This document shows, one piece after another, positions 25,840-36,051 of a stretch of DNA of 46,713 nucleotides (its first letter is position 1; each line of letters begins with the position of its first letter). The DNA is from Chara braunii. Lineage: Eukaryota > Plantae > Charophyceae. The position numbers and the translations under genes are program-made. A model generated the notes under the pieces. It was not told the DNA's origin. It saw only the letters and a list, made by a program, of their open reading frames with translations, and ran no database searches. The stretch is taken from NCBI GenBank assembly GCA_003427395.1, contig BFEA01000014.1, positions 1,296,255-1,342,967 of the forward strand, written 5' to 3'.

Positions 25840-26592
25840 GCAAGGGCAGAGCATATAACGGACGACTAGGAGCGCAATAATTCTAGCCTCGTTGAGCATA
25901 TTCTAAACAAAAGTTTGTCCCTTTGATGTTCGAAGTCTTCATTTTGAGATTGGCAGTTGGAACTGGGGGTAATAGGGGCGGGGGGGGGGAAGGAGGAACT
26001 AGTTTGTAGCAGCAGGCATCTGGTGCCTGGTTCAAGGCGAAAAGGTTCTCTGCCTTTTTCCAATCTCCTGCTCAGTCAATCCTCTGGATTCTAGAGTAAT
26101 CAATGCTGGAAGGAATCTCCCGCTCCTTTTTCCTGATGTACTCTGAATTTCTTCTATATATAGGACGCTGGACCCGTTTTGCAACAGGTGCTGCTCAATA
26201 GTGTACATGCAATGGTATGGAACCGGTTATGCAGTCTGAGCAATGGCAGAGCATATAACAAACGGCTAGGAGCGCAACAATTCTAGCCTCGTTGAGCATA
26301 TTCTAAACAAAAGTTTGTCCCTTTGATGTTCGAAGTCATCATTTTGAGATTGACAGTTGGGACTGAGGGTAATAGGGGCGGGGGGGGGGAAGGAGGAACT
26401 AGTTTGTAGCAGGCATCTGGCGCCTGGTTCAGGGCGAAGAGGTTCTCTTCCTTTTTCCAATCTCCTGCTCAGTCAATCCTCTGGATTCTAGAGTAATCAA
26501 TGCTGGAAGGAATCTCCCGCTCCTTTTTCCTGATGTACTCTCAATTTCTTCTATATATGGGACACTGGACCCGTTTTGCAGCAGGTGCTGCT
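25796..26592 (+). repeat. ~400-bp tandem duplication in the LINE B 3' UTR
   Basis: 25796-26195 vs 26196-26592 are near-identical; CAATAG microhomology at the junction. Confidence 0.95.
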
Positions 26593-26701
26593 CCCCACCA
26601 ATAGATGGAGCCTCTCCTCAGGTGCTAGTGGTGTCTGCTCTTACCAACACCCCTAGCACTGGAGGGGGGATTGGGGAAAAAAAAAAAAAGAAAAAAAAAA
26701 A

Positions 26702-28752
26702 GATCTGCTCAAAGATGACGTGATGGATTACATAGCCGCTGTCCAGCAACAAGGTACCTTTGGGGGCATGATCGGACAAGGGGTGACCACACTCGTATAT
26801 AAAAAAGGGGACAGAGAGGACATCATAAATTATAGACCCATAACCCTCCTCCCCGTGCCTTATAAGTTGGTGACCAAGGCACTGACCAAGAGACTGCTAC
26901 CTCACATGCATGTACTCATCCATCCTGATCAGACGGGCTTTATGCCCAATTGCAACATCCAGGACAATATCTTGTTAGTTAAAACTATCAAATACACTAG
27001 GTAGCGAAAGGTTCAAGTGACCATCATGTTCATAGACTTCGAGAAGGCGTATGACCACGTCGACTGGGATTTCTTGGATATGTGCCTGCTCAGGATGAAT
27101 TTCGGTCCAACCTTTTGTTAGTGGGTACAACTCCTCCACAGGATGACCGCCACTAACATCATGCTCATTGACCACCTCTTGCCCCCAATACACCTGCAAC
27201 GGTCGATGCGCCAAGGTGATCTCATATCACCCTTATTGTTTGTGATCGTGATAGAAGCCCTCGCCTTGATGATCAGGCGCCACCCTGGCATCAGCAAAGT
27301 GCCCATTCCATACATCCTCGATTATCTCATCTTGGTGACGTCACTGTTCGCAGACGACCTGACAGTTCTGATCAAAGCAGACGAGGACACTACAAGGGCC
27401 CTTACGCATGTCATACACCTCTTCTCGCTGGCGACAGACATGAAGGTCAACTGGGCTCCAAGACCAAATGTTGGTGGCTCCACCCGTTAGGGGAACCACC
27501 ACCGCATGGGTCGGTTGTGGCATGGGCACACAAAGAAGAAGCCATCAGAATACTTGGGGCATGGGAACACAAAGAAGAAGCCATCAGAATACTTAGGGCC
27601 CCGCCTGACCAGGGGGACATACTTGTCAACATGGCAATAAACCGATTGCCTAAATTGGAGGGTCTCCAAACCTCGATAGTAGGAAGGACCCTAAAAATAA
27701 ATAATGTTGTCCGGCGGGCATTTCCAAAGATGTGTGCAACGTGTAAGCTGGGATACCCTCACGCAACCGAGAGCCAATGGTGGACTGGGGATACTGGATC
27801 CTGAGAGAGAGAGTGAGGCATTGATTTTCAAAATCATGATTAGGCTGCTGATAGGCAATGACATTCCATAAGCACAGTTGGCATGCTTACAGATTGCCAC
27901 CTTGGCCTCAAAATCATCAGCAGCCAACACAGTCCATCTGCTCCGATGGCTAACCAATAAACACTGGACAATACCTTCCCCCACGAAACAAAGTCAGGGG
28001 ATCGACTCGCAGCAAGCAGCCAGGCACGACATGCTCCTGGATCCTCTCTGGTCCTACATGCTCAAACTCTGGAGGAAACGTGGGCCGAGGCAGAACACGG
28101 CCCCGAACAAATGGCAAGTTATATGGAGGTTACCGCTTTTCGGCAACCCCCTTATCCCGGATGAAGATGGCAACCCCCTAAGTCTTACAAAAAACTCTCC
28201 ATGGCTCATCTGGGCGAGAAAGGGGTCTTTTACAGTGGGAGACCTATGGGACCCTGTGAGGAAGGATTGGGTGACAACTGACCGGATGCAACTGAGGCTT
28301 AAACACGGTAAGCATGTGGGAGATAAGATGCGGAAGCTGAAAGAGGCCCTCCCCCTGGCCTGGTGGCTCACACTCCAATCTGGCCCGAAGGTCCAGCCAG
28401 ACGACTGGGTCATTAAACACGCAGACCTCCCCAGGCCGCTGACCATATATAGAGTTCACAGGAATGACAATGGCAGGTGCTCACTGGAAGTGTATGTCCC
28501 CCATGAACTGGGGGCTAGATTTTCCAAACTTATGAGAAATGACAACCTGAACGAGGCTGAAAATTAGCGAGGAAGACCCACAAGACGGGTTTTATGTATA
28601 TGAACCAACGGTTCCGGTCGCCATGTTGTCCTTTGACCCGGCTGCGTGGGAATGAGCTGATGCAAAACCCATGCATGTTTGGGACTACACAGTCAAAGGA
28701 GGCTACAGAGCCTCGCGCTCCACCTCCACAATAAACCAAACACTGGGGATCG
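26702..28752 (+). pseudogene. LINE A ORF2, RT and downstream region (truncated before the CCHC finger)
   Basis: NYRPITLL, QTGF, FIDFEKAYDHVDW, RQGDLISPLLF, LFADD (~27344); 39-bp tandem duplication at 27519-27598. Confidence 0.9.
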
Positions 28753-30152
28753 GCATGGGCGTATGGGCTTGATCTCAGCCACCGTGACGAAGTTGGCGAA
28801 TGTTTGAGGAATTAAGAAGAAATCAATGCGAGAGTTGGAGAGGCCCGCCTCTCCTCTCGACCGCAAGCAGGTGTATGCCCTCTTGGTGGGATGAAGGAGT
28901 CGAAAGATGTCACATAGTTGTCTTTGTGCTATAAAGTGAACCAGTGACAGTGTGTCTGGGGCCGTCCCTCCCCCTGTGGATTGGGAAGTGGATCTACGGT
29001 CCACCCGCGGGTCCGGGGTAGTATTAAAGTGCCCTGCCAGAATGGTCGGACAGTCTGTCAGCAACACTTCGTGAAGGGTGCTAAAACATTGGACCCGCTG
29101 CAATGGGTCATTTGGCCCATATATGCTTGCTATACAAATTGTCTCCTCTCCCAGGGTCGCTTTGAGGTATACCCATCTTCCTTCCGATTTGTCATAGTCT
29201 GCTTGAATCGGAACCAAGCGGAAGGATGGGGGTATCCAAATGGCAACTCCTGAGGAGGCTCTTTCTGTGGCTGGGGCCGTAAATGCTAAGTGTGGCCAGA
29301 CTGCTTGGTGTTTAGCAGCATGATACGGAGTGTTCAACAGGTGAGTCCTCTGAATGCATATGGCATCCGGCCAGTTCGTGGTGCCCGGATGTCTGACCTC
29401 GTTCCAGATGGCTGTTGTTTTCTAAGCATTGGGTGTGATCAGTCCGTGGACATTCAGGGAGCGTATGTGTAGGTCCGCGTGGGCCAATTTCTTGACCCAC
29501 GCCTGGGGTTGTCTGAGGGGCGGCTGGACAGACGGTGGCGGAGGTGGTGGGACTGGGGGTCGGGGCGGGGGAAACTGTTGGGCAGTGTGCGAGGGGGTCA
29601 CGAGTAGGAGGGAGGGTGTCAACGGATGCATTTGTGGGTGGTTGTGGTCCCTGGTGCCCGTTGTTTGGTGGTCCATTGTTCACTTCATTTCGTGGTTATG
29701 CTGGTCGGGGCTTCACAGATGGTTGAGGAAAGGGGGGTCATCCCAGTTATTTCCAAGCTGAGTTGGATCTGAGCCTGGTTGTGGACACCTCCCCTAGCTG
29801 TTATTCCGTGAACCATAGCAACGCCGAGTCCACCTTCCTGGACTGGTCGTAATCAAAGACAGTTGTGGCTAAGGTTATGCCTTTTGGAAAGGGGTGGTCC
29901 TGGGGGAATGCCACCCCTTGAGATCCAATGTCTTTGTTTTCTTTGAGCAGCGCCGACACCATTTTGAAAGCCGCCTGCTTGGCGTATTGCCCTTTCCATC
30001 CTTCCACTGTGAGCCCCACATATTCACTCTTCGATTTCGCATTGGGGCCACTGAAGTCTGCCAAGTATCCCTTCGTCCGCAGGTCCAGCTGCCAGCTGTG
30101 GCTGCCGGATTCCCTCCTAATATCAATCCTGGTATTCATGAAAGTTGAAAAC
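28752..30152 (-). pseudogene. LINE C fragment: ORF1 C-terminus plus ORF2 endonuclease of a LINE A-related family
   Basis: GLTVEGW/FPKGI shared with LINE A ORF1; RSLNVHGL, GRWVYLK, SIYGPN, AGHFN, SNSRIDFF. Confidence 0.88.
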
Positions 30153-30157
30153 TAATG

Positions 30158-30697
30158 TTTTTTTTGTTTTTTTTGAGAACCACACTGCCATGCTAGGAGG
30201 TGTGATATGAGCACCCCCTCCTAGCAGGCCGCCTAGTTGCTCCAATCTATCGGTGAGGAGCAGCACCTGCTGGAAAATGGATCCAGCGTCCCACTGACAG
30301 GTTGGCATTGTCTGCTTTTCTGTTTCACTTACACGATGCTTGCAAGGGGGTCTTCCTGAATGTACCCTTTCTATGGCCAGGCATGGATGTATGTGACCCT
30401 TTCTCTGGCCACGCATGGATGTATGTGCCCCTTTCTACGGTCAGACGTGAATGCACGAGACAGCATCTACGTACACATGCAGGTTGACGTACCAGTGCAC
30501 ATGGGAGGCGCAGCTACTGGCAAAATGCTCGGTCTTTGTGGTAGCCCGACCCTGCCTGCCGGTGACCACCACTGATTAGGGTGGGGGGCAACATCCATCC
30601 CATTGATTTTGAGGGGTGGTTAGGCTTGGGAGTTGTGGTAGGCAGGTTGTGAAAGCTGAATTTCAGAGATGAGTATAGCTTAGTTGTCATAAAGCTT
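30158..30697 (-). mobile_element. LINE D 3' end (3' UTR with ~31-bp tandem repeats, structured tail, poly(A))
   Basis: T-rich tail at 30158-30174; conserved gggacgctggatccattttccagcaggtgctgctcc motif; 5' limit approximate. Confidence 0.75.
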
Positions 30698-30713
30698 GAA
30701 AAAAAAATAAAAA

Positions 30714-30850
30714 TAGTCCATGTGCGAGTGCGCCATCTCTGCTCGGAAAGAGTCATTTTCCTCGAAAAGGGTTGTCCCATCCCATCAGCAATACTCCAAT
30801 AGCAGGTCCCCAGCAGATGTTCCCAAAAAAAAAAAAAAAAAAAAAAAAAA
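30714..30850 (+). mobile_element. Short poly(A)-terminated insertion of unknown family
   Basis: ~110 nt followed by a ~27-nt poly(A); no TSD identified. Confidence 0.4.
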
Positions 30851-31323
30851 GCATAGACAGTCGGACAGCAGATGAATGTCTCTACGGGATTGCCACCAGG
30901 TAGTTTCCATCCCAACCCTTCAAAACTACTCCCCTTTATAAAAAAAAAAATCTCGTCCCTTCCGGTCCCTTTTTGTTTTTTTTGTTTTCTTCAATAAAAG
31001 CCCAGGGTGTTGTAGAGGCCAAGGACCAGATCCGCGGTGATTGCTGGTAGCGACAGCCAAAGGTTGTCCTGACAGGATAGGCCACCTACCCTACCCACCC
31101 CCACGTTAATACTCCCAGCGCACCCCCTGTCCCTACTATCCTACCTCAGTGTGAGTGTGACCAGCACTCAGGACCATCACCCTACCAGTATCGAGGGCAA
31201 CTTGGGCCACACAGCAGTGACAAGCACCAAGGCTGGGCCAACCCCCCAGCAGCCCTAGTGGAAGGGGAAGCGGACGAACCTACCTTGCCGTACGGGAACT
31301 TCGGACGCCAGGCTCATGCAATC

Positions 31324-33437
31324 TTTTTTTTTTTTTTTTTTTTTTTTTATCACAAAAACCTCCAGTGCTAGCGATGCTGCTGAAATCAGACACCGCTAGC
31401 ACCTGCGGGTAGGCTCCATCTATTGGTGGGGAGCATCACCTGCTGGAAAACGGGTCCAGCGTCCCTTATGAGTATGATACAATTGGAATACATCAGGACA
31501 CATCAGAAAAGGCCTTAGGAAGAACCTGCCAGCATTGATTGCCCTGGAGACCAGGGGATTGACTGAGCAGGGGGGATGGCCAGATTCCTACTGTCATGTA
31601 CTGGCTACCTCCGCCTTCTTTTGTACAAAAATGAATAAATGAGAAAATTGAGGAAGGGACTGAGACACCTGCCAGCATTGGTTGCTCTGGCTTCAGAGGA
31701 TTAACTGCGTAGGGTTGTCACCAGGAAGGAACCTCTTCATCCTAATATCGTCCAAAATATCAGATGCCAAATATGTACTGCTGAAAAACTAGTTCCTCCC
31801 TGATAAACAACGAAGGACCTCACGCAGAGGCTGTATATTGAGGCTGTATTGATTGCCTTAGGTCTGAAATGTCTTGGCGTCAACCCTTTTCTCCCGGAGG
31901 GGCACCGGGAGTCAGGGTCATCTTTAAGTGCTGTTGCCTGATTCAAGTGACAAAGGTGTAATGCAATCTCAGGGAGGGGGAGAGGAACAGATTAGGTGAC
32001 CAGATGAGCACAAAACTATCAAGACGGTCACTCGGGGATCTCGACCAGAGCCTGTGGGTGAGGGGGGAAGGGATCAGGAAAGTCCGTCGGAGGACTTAGC
32101 GGGAAGGTAGGTTCTATCGTCGTCCAGTCATTGAAAAGTGGCCGGTAGTCCCTAACTACAGTCCTCTCCTGTTGTTGGGCCTCTTGTTTCCTACCATTCC
32201 ATTCCACTGTAGCTATCCATCCTCCTTCCGTCCCTCCCAACCAGTTGGTGCTGAAGGCAATGATAGCTCGTTCTATGTCTCTTGACATTTGTAGCAGGTC
32301 CAACTTGGACTTCACTTCCTGCCATCTACTCATTATTTCCAGTTGGATTTGTTGTCTAATTTGGTCGGTTGTTTCCTCTCCCTCCACCCCCACCCCCTCG
32401 AGTGCCATCAGGCATCGCTGCCACCAGAGTCCCCACAGTACTGCTCTGCGTCCCAGACTATACATGTTTTCCACGAAGGGCGATTCTCTTTGTGCCTGTG
32501 GCCAGTGGCCCAATAGAATGGCTCTCCAGGACCATGGCCAGGGTAGGTCTGATATCATCTTTCTCCATATCCGATCCCACCAGCGCCACGTGAGCTGTGC
32601 CACAGGACACTGCATAAAAATATATTCTATGGTTTCAGCCCTTTTCCGGACGGGGAAGGCACTCAGGCATCGTGAACACCAGGGGACCGCTTGGCCTTTC
32701 TGCTCTAGAGTTGTGTGATCTATCAGCCAATCCATAGTGGGTAAACATCGATGTGCAATCTGCCACTGCAGGGAGGAGATCTTAGCTGGTTTAGTTCTGC
32801 CCCCCTGAAACCACCGGGTCGGTGTAAGCAGACTCCTGTCTACTTTGAGGTGTTTAGCCCATCGGTCCATTATTACATCTCTTAGGGGGCGTTTGGGCCT
32901 CAGTAGCCTATACGTGGACTTGACCGAGAGCTTGTGCAGATAGGTGTAGCGGGGGACGTGTGCCCACCTCCACTCCATTGGGTCCAGGGCCAAGTGTTGG
33001 ATGCCAATGTCCGTTTGAAAGGCGACCGCCTCCTTTCCTTCTCCCAGCACCCTGACCCGAAAAATATCTATTTTGTCCCTCCTTTCGAAGGGGTCGCAGC
33101 TCCCCTGCAGTGACCCTGTCTTGTGGACTGTGTACCATTCAATTAGTACGTCTTGGGGCCTAACCTTATGGATCATTCCTATGCATCCCCCTTCTCCTCT
33201 GATGGCCACCCAGTCGTCCTCTCGGAAAATCGGGCCATTTTTGAGGATTCTATACCATTCTATGGGAATCGTCTCCAGTAGATTCTCCAGATTCTCTTCA
33301 GTGAAATGACAGTACTTAAGCCTGTTGTGCATCTCTTCCCCTGTCCTCCATCTTCTCAGGTTGGGGTCCCATAGGTCCCCGATCCGGGTTACCCCATTCT
33401 TTACACATCCCTTCCAGGGGGATGCCGTGCTGCACCT
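31324..33437 (-). mobile_element. LINE E, 5'-truncated young insertion related to LINE B
   Basis: TSD AGGCTCATGCAATC(TT) at 31310-31325 and 33438-33453; poly(A) and conserved 3' tail. Confidence 0.93.
32028..33437 (-). pseudogene. LINE E ORF2 C-terminal ~470 codons, uninterrupted (SH3-like insert + zf-RVT-like finger)
   Basis: WQIAHRCLPT..PWCSRC..ETIEYIFMQCP; colinear with LINE B 24400-25839. The start lies in the TSD, so it is not a standalone gene. Confidence 0.9.
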
Positions 33438-34097
33438 AGGCTCATGCAATCTTCTACAGGCCCAATTCAGAGAGTCTACCCAGCAGGATTACCTTCCAGC
33501 CCCCCTAATACTATTCGTGGCATTCAAGAAGCACTTGTTGTATATCGTCCATCGGACTTGTAGTTTGACATGTGCCATCCCTTGTGAGTTTATTCCTTAG
33601 GAGCCTAAGAGGGGGTGATTTAGCTAAAGTGCACAGGGGCCCCACTCTCTGGGCTTATGGCTGGTGGTGGTGTCAGCGCTGACCTAGGTAGACCTCTTTT
33701 TCCAACCATAGGTAGCCCTCTGCGCATGATGTCTTTGTACCCTCTGACTGTACCTTTGGTGTTCAGCTATCTTTCCCCACACGAACTTGCAATTAGCCCT
33801 TTTACCGAGGCCACCAGAGCTGTATGGTTGTGCATGCCAGGCAGCCAGGCAACTGGGCAGCCCGCCCGACTGTGTGTGTGTGGGTGGGTGGGTGGATGGG
33901 TGGATGGGTGGATGGGGTGGGGTTTGGGGGGAGGTGTGTGTAACACATCAATCCTACGTAACCACCGGAAATTAACCTCACCTTGCTGCACGCTTCACAT
34001 CGTAGATGCAACAATCCAACCAGGATAGCGGAGGGGTAAGCTCCTGTCTTTAAGCACTGTTCCAAGAAGGGATTATGGAAATCACGCCGTAAGGGGG

Positions 34098-34144
<47 letters not shown>

Positions 34145-34485
34145 GATAGAGAAGGGGGAGCATGGATAGCACTAGCGATCTTTATCCTGGCTTGTACAGC
34201 AAAGGAAAGGGGGATGAACGCCCTGAAGCGCTTTTTGCCATGTAGCGCGGCTAATCAGAGGGTCTGCCTCTGGCTCCCAAGGAGAAAGAGGAGGGACAGA
34301 GAGAGGTAATGAAATTGGAAGACATAGAGCTAGACAGCAGTCTACCGTATCGGGCAGGAGGAGGTCATGGAAACCGTACCTGATTGCGAAGATTCTACGA
34401 GGACACGACTTCGATCAAAGCCATCATCGACACCTCAATGATCTTATGGAGATATGGAACGCAAATCAACTTCCATCATTGCTCT

Positions 34486-34635
34486 GCTGCCATTGGATGC
34501 TTCAGGTCCGTGGACATGAGCTGTCCAGGTCCAGGTCCGGGTCCAGGTCCGGCGTAGCTGCCACTGGATGCGTCAGGTCCGTGGACATGAGCTGTCCAGG
34601 TCCGGGTCCGGGTCCGGGTCCGGGTCCGGCATAGC
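34486..34635. repeat. Two ~71-bp tandem units containing (GGTCCR)n hexamers
   Basis: Direct reading; units start at 34486 and 34557. Confidence 0.9.
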
Positions 34636-34699
34636 CATGAATTGTGATGGGGTGTGAACCGACAATCTAGTCTGTATTTCCATCCGGTGTGGGTGAGTG

Positions 34700-34973
34700 A
34701 TAGTCTGCTTTGATTTTCGTCACAGTGGTTGGTGGTCCCCACCACCTCAGGGTATCAGTTGTCGGGCAGTCGTTGATGCTTAACCACAACCGGTGTTAAG
34801 GTGGATTATCACTTACAGTGTAATCAGTTAGGGGATTCTGCATACTGTTTTTTAGGGTTCAGCCTCCTGATGAGTCGGTGAAACTCTGACAAAACAGTTT
34901 GTCACAGCCCCTTATTTGTTGTCTTCTTCTCCCTCTCTGCCTAAGGTTTACCGGGCAGCTCTGTTTGACGATA
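34700..34973 (+). mobile_element. Hammerhead-bearing short repeat, copy A (ribozyme 34831-34911, degenerate)
   Basis: CTGATGA at 34867; stem II GTCGG/CTGAC; GAAA mutated to AAAA; T-run at the cleavage site. Homologous to copies B-D. Confidence 0.8.
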
Positions 34974-35006
34974 TATCGTCAATATATATATATATATATA
35001 TATATA

Positions 35007-35119
35007 TCGTCACAAACAGAACTGCCCGGTAAACTGTAGGCAGAGAGAGAGAAGAGGACAACAAACAAGGGGCTGTGACAAACTGTTTCGTCGGAGTTTC
35101 ACCGACTCATCAGGAGGCT
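35007..35119 (-). ncRNA. Type III hammerhead ribozyme, copy B (intact core, 5' arm lost at a TA tract)
   Basis: Minus strand: cctc CTGATGA GTCGG tgaaact CCGAC GAAA CAGTTTGT, followed by the shared 3' hairpin ctgcc-ta-cagt-tt-accg-ggcag. Confidence 0.8.
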
Positions 35120-35140
35120 ATATATATATATATATATATA

Positions 35141-35298
35141 TCGTCACAAACAGAACTGCCCGGTAAACCGTAGGCAGAGAGAGAGAGAAGAGGACAACAA
35201 ANACTCATCAGGAGGCTGAACCCTCAACAGTCTGCAGAATCCCCTCACTGATTACACTGTAAATGATAATCTACCTTAACCAAAATCAAAGCAGACTA
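35141..35298 (-). ncRNA. Type III hammerhead ribozyme, copy C (stem III 5' strand, GUU site, stem I, CUGAUGA; remainder lost at the N at 35202)
   Basis: Minus strand: GCAGACTGT T GAGG gttcag CCTC CTGATGAGT. Confidence 0.75.
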
Positions 35299-35488
35299 TA
35301 TATCGTCAAACAGAGCTGCCCGGTAAACCGTAGGCAGACAGGTGTGTGTGTGTGTGTGTGTTTCGTGTTTTTTTTTAGCGCCAATGAATACAAGTGAACT
35401 TTCGCATCAGATACAGTGATAATGAGGAGTGTGTTCTGCTGCCCACAATTGACAATTATGGCCTGTTACATTCACACTCCATCTCTGA

Positions 35489-35619
35489 GGGCATACTCAC
35501 ATTGGGACATTTTCCAGTAAGCTCTGGACGTGATTGCAGTCACATTCATGCAGATTGTGCCATATTTGCTGTCAGAATCAGTAAGACAGTTTTAGGAAGG
35601 TGATAGTGTGAGTATGGCA
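35489..35619. mobile_element. PIF/Harbinger (Tourist-like) MITE
   Basis: TIR GGGCATACTCACA/TGTGAGTATGGCA with a TGA duplication on both sides. Confidence 0.65.
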
Positions 35620-35810
35620 TGAATGCATACTGGCTATTTTTCAAGTCTGGTTCTGAGAGTAGATTTTTTTCTCTGTGTCGTGAAACACGCAGCCTCTTAG
35701 AGATAGAATAAACAGAACAATCAATATTCTCTCTAATAAATACCAATAAATATTATCTATAATCTACAATATGTATTCATATTAAGCAATATCAAGATAG
35801 CTCACACACC

Positions 35811-35885
<75 letters not shown>

Positions 35886-35900
35886 GTACTTTGTGCTTAC

Positions 35901-36051
35901 ACCACCAGTACTTCCTAAAGTCGCGTAGTGTTAACGCTACACAATTTGAGGAAACGTACGGGCCACTACAGGAGCGCCCAAATTCATCCAACTAGAAACG
36001 TTTCTATTCTATTTTTTTCCGCGGCCGATAGCTGGGCCAAGTAGTGGTGGT
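35901..36051. mobile_element. ~150-bp MITE with ACCACCAGTACTT TIRs
   Basis: TIRs with 1 mismatch; flanks TTAC/TTAA; inverted homologue at 39265-39425. Confidence 0.75.

Larger units (their letters stand above)
17623..26701 (+). mobile_element. LINE B, apparently full-length L1/Tx1-like element (9079 bp)
   Basis: Perfect 15-bp TSD GATCTGCTCAAAGAT (17608-17622, 26702-26716); 5' UTR, ORF1, ORF2, 3' UTR and poly(A) at 26677-26701. Confidence 0.95.
9359..28752 (+). mobile_element. LINE A (L1/Tx1-like), 5'- and 3'-truncated, interrupted by a solo LTR and by LINE B
   Basis: ORF1 (RRM-like + CCHC), APE endonuclease and RT are colinear once the insertions are removed. The reading EFWAQF*DLLKD|DVMDYI continues across the LINE B TSD. 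Confidence 0.9.

Noticed and set aside
26559-26612. HDV-like ribozyme interpretation of the LINE tail
   Set aside because: The first helix encloses only 7-8 nt, too few for nested P2/P3, and no J4/2 catalytic strand could be placed.
34861-34911. Type I (minimal) hammerhead reading with cleavage at GTC 34901-34903
   Set aside because: Bases after GTC do not pair with those before CUGAUGA; the type III fold gives full stems I and III.
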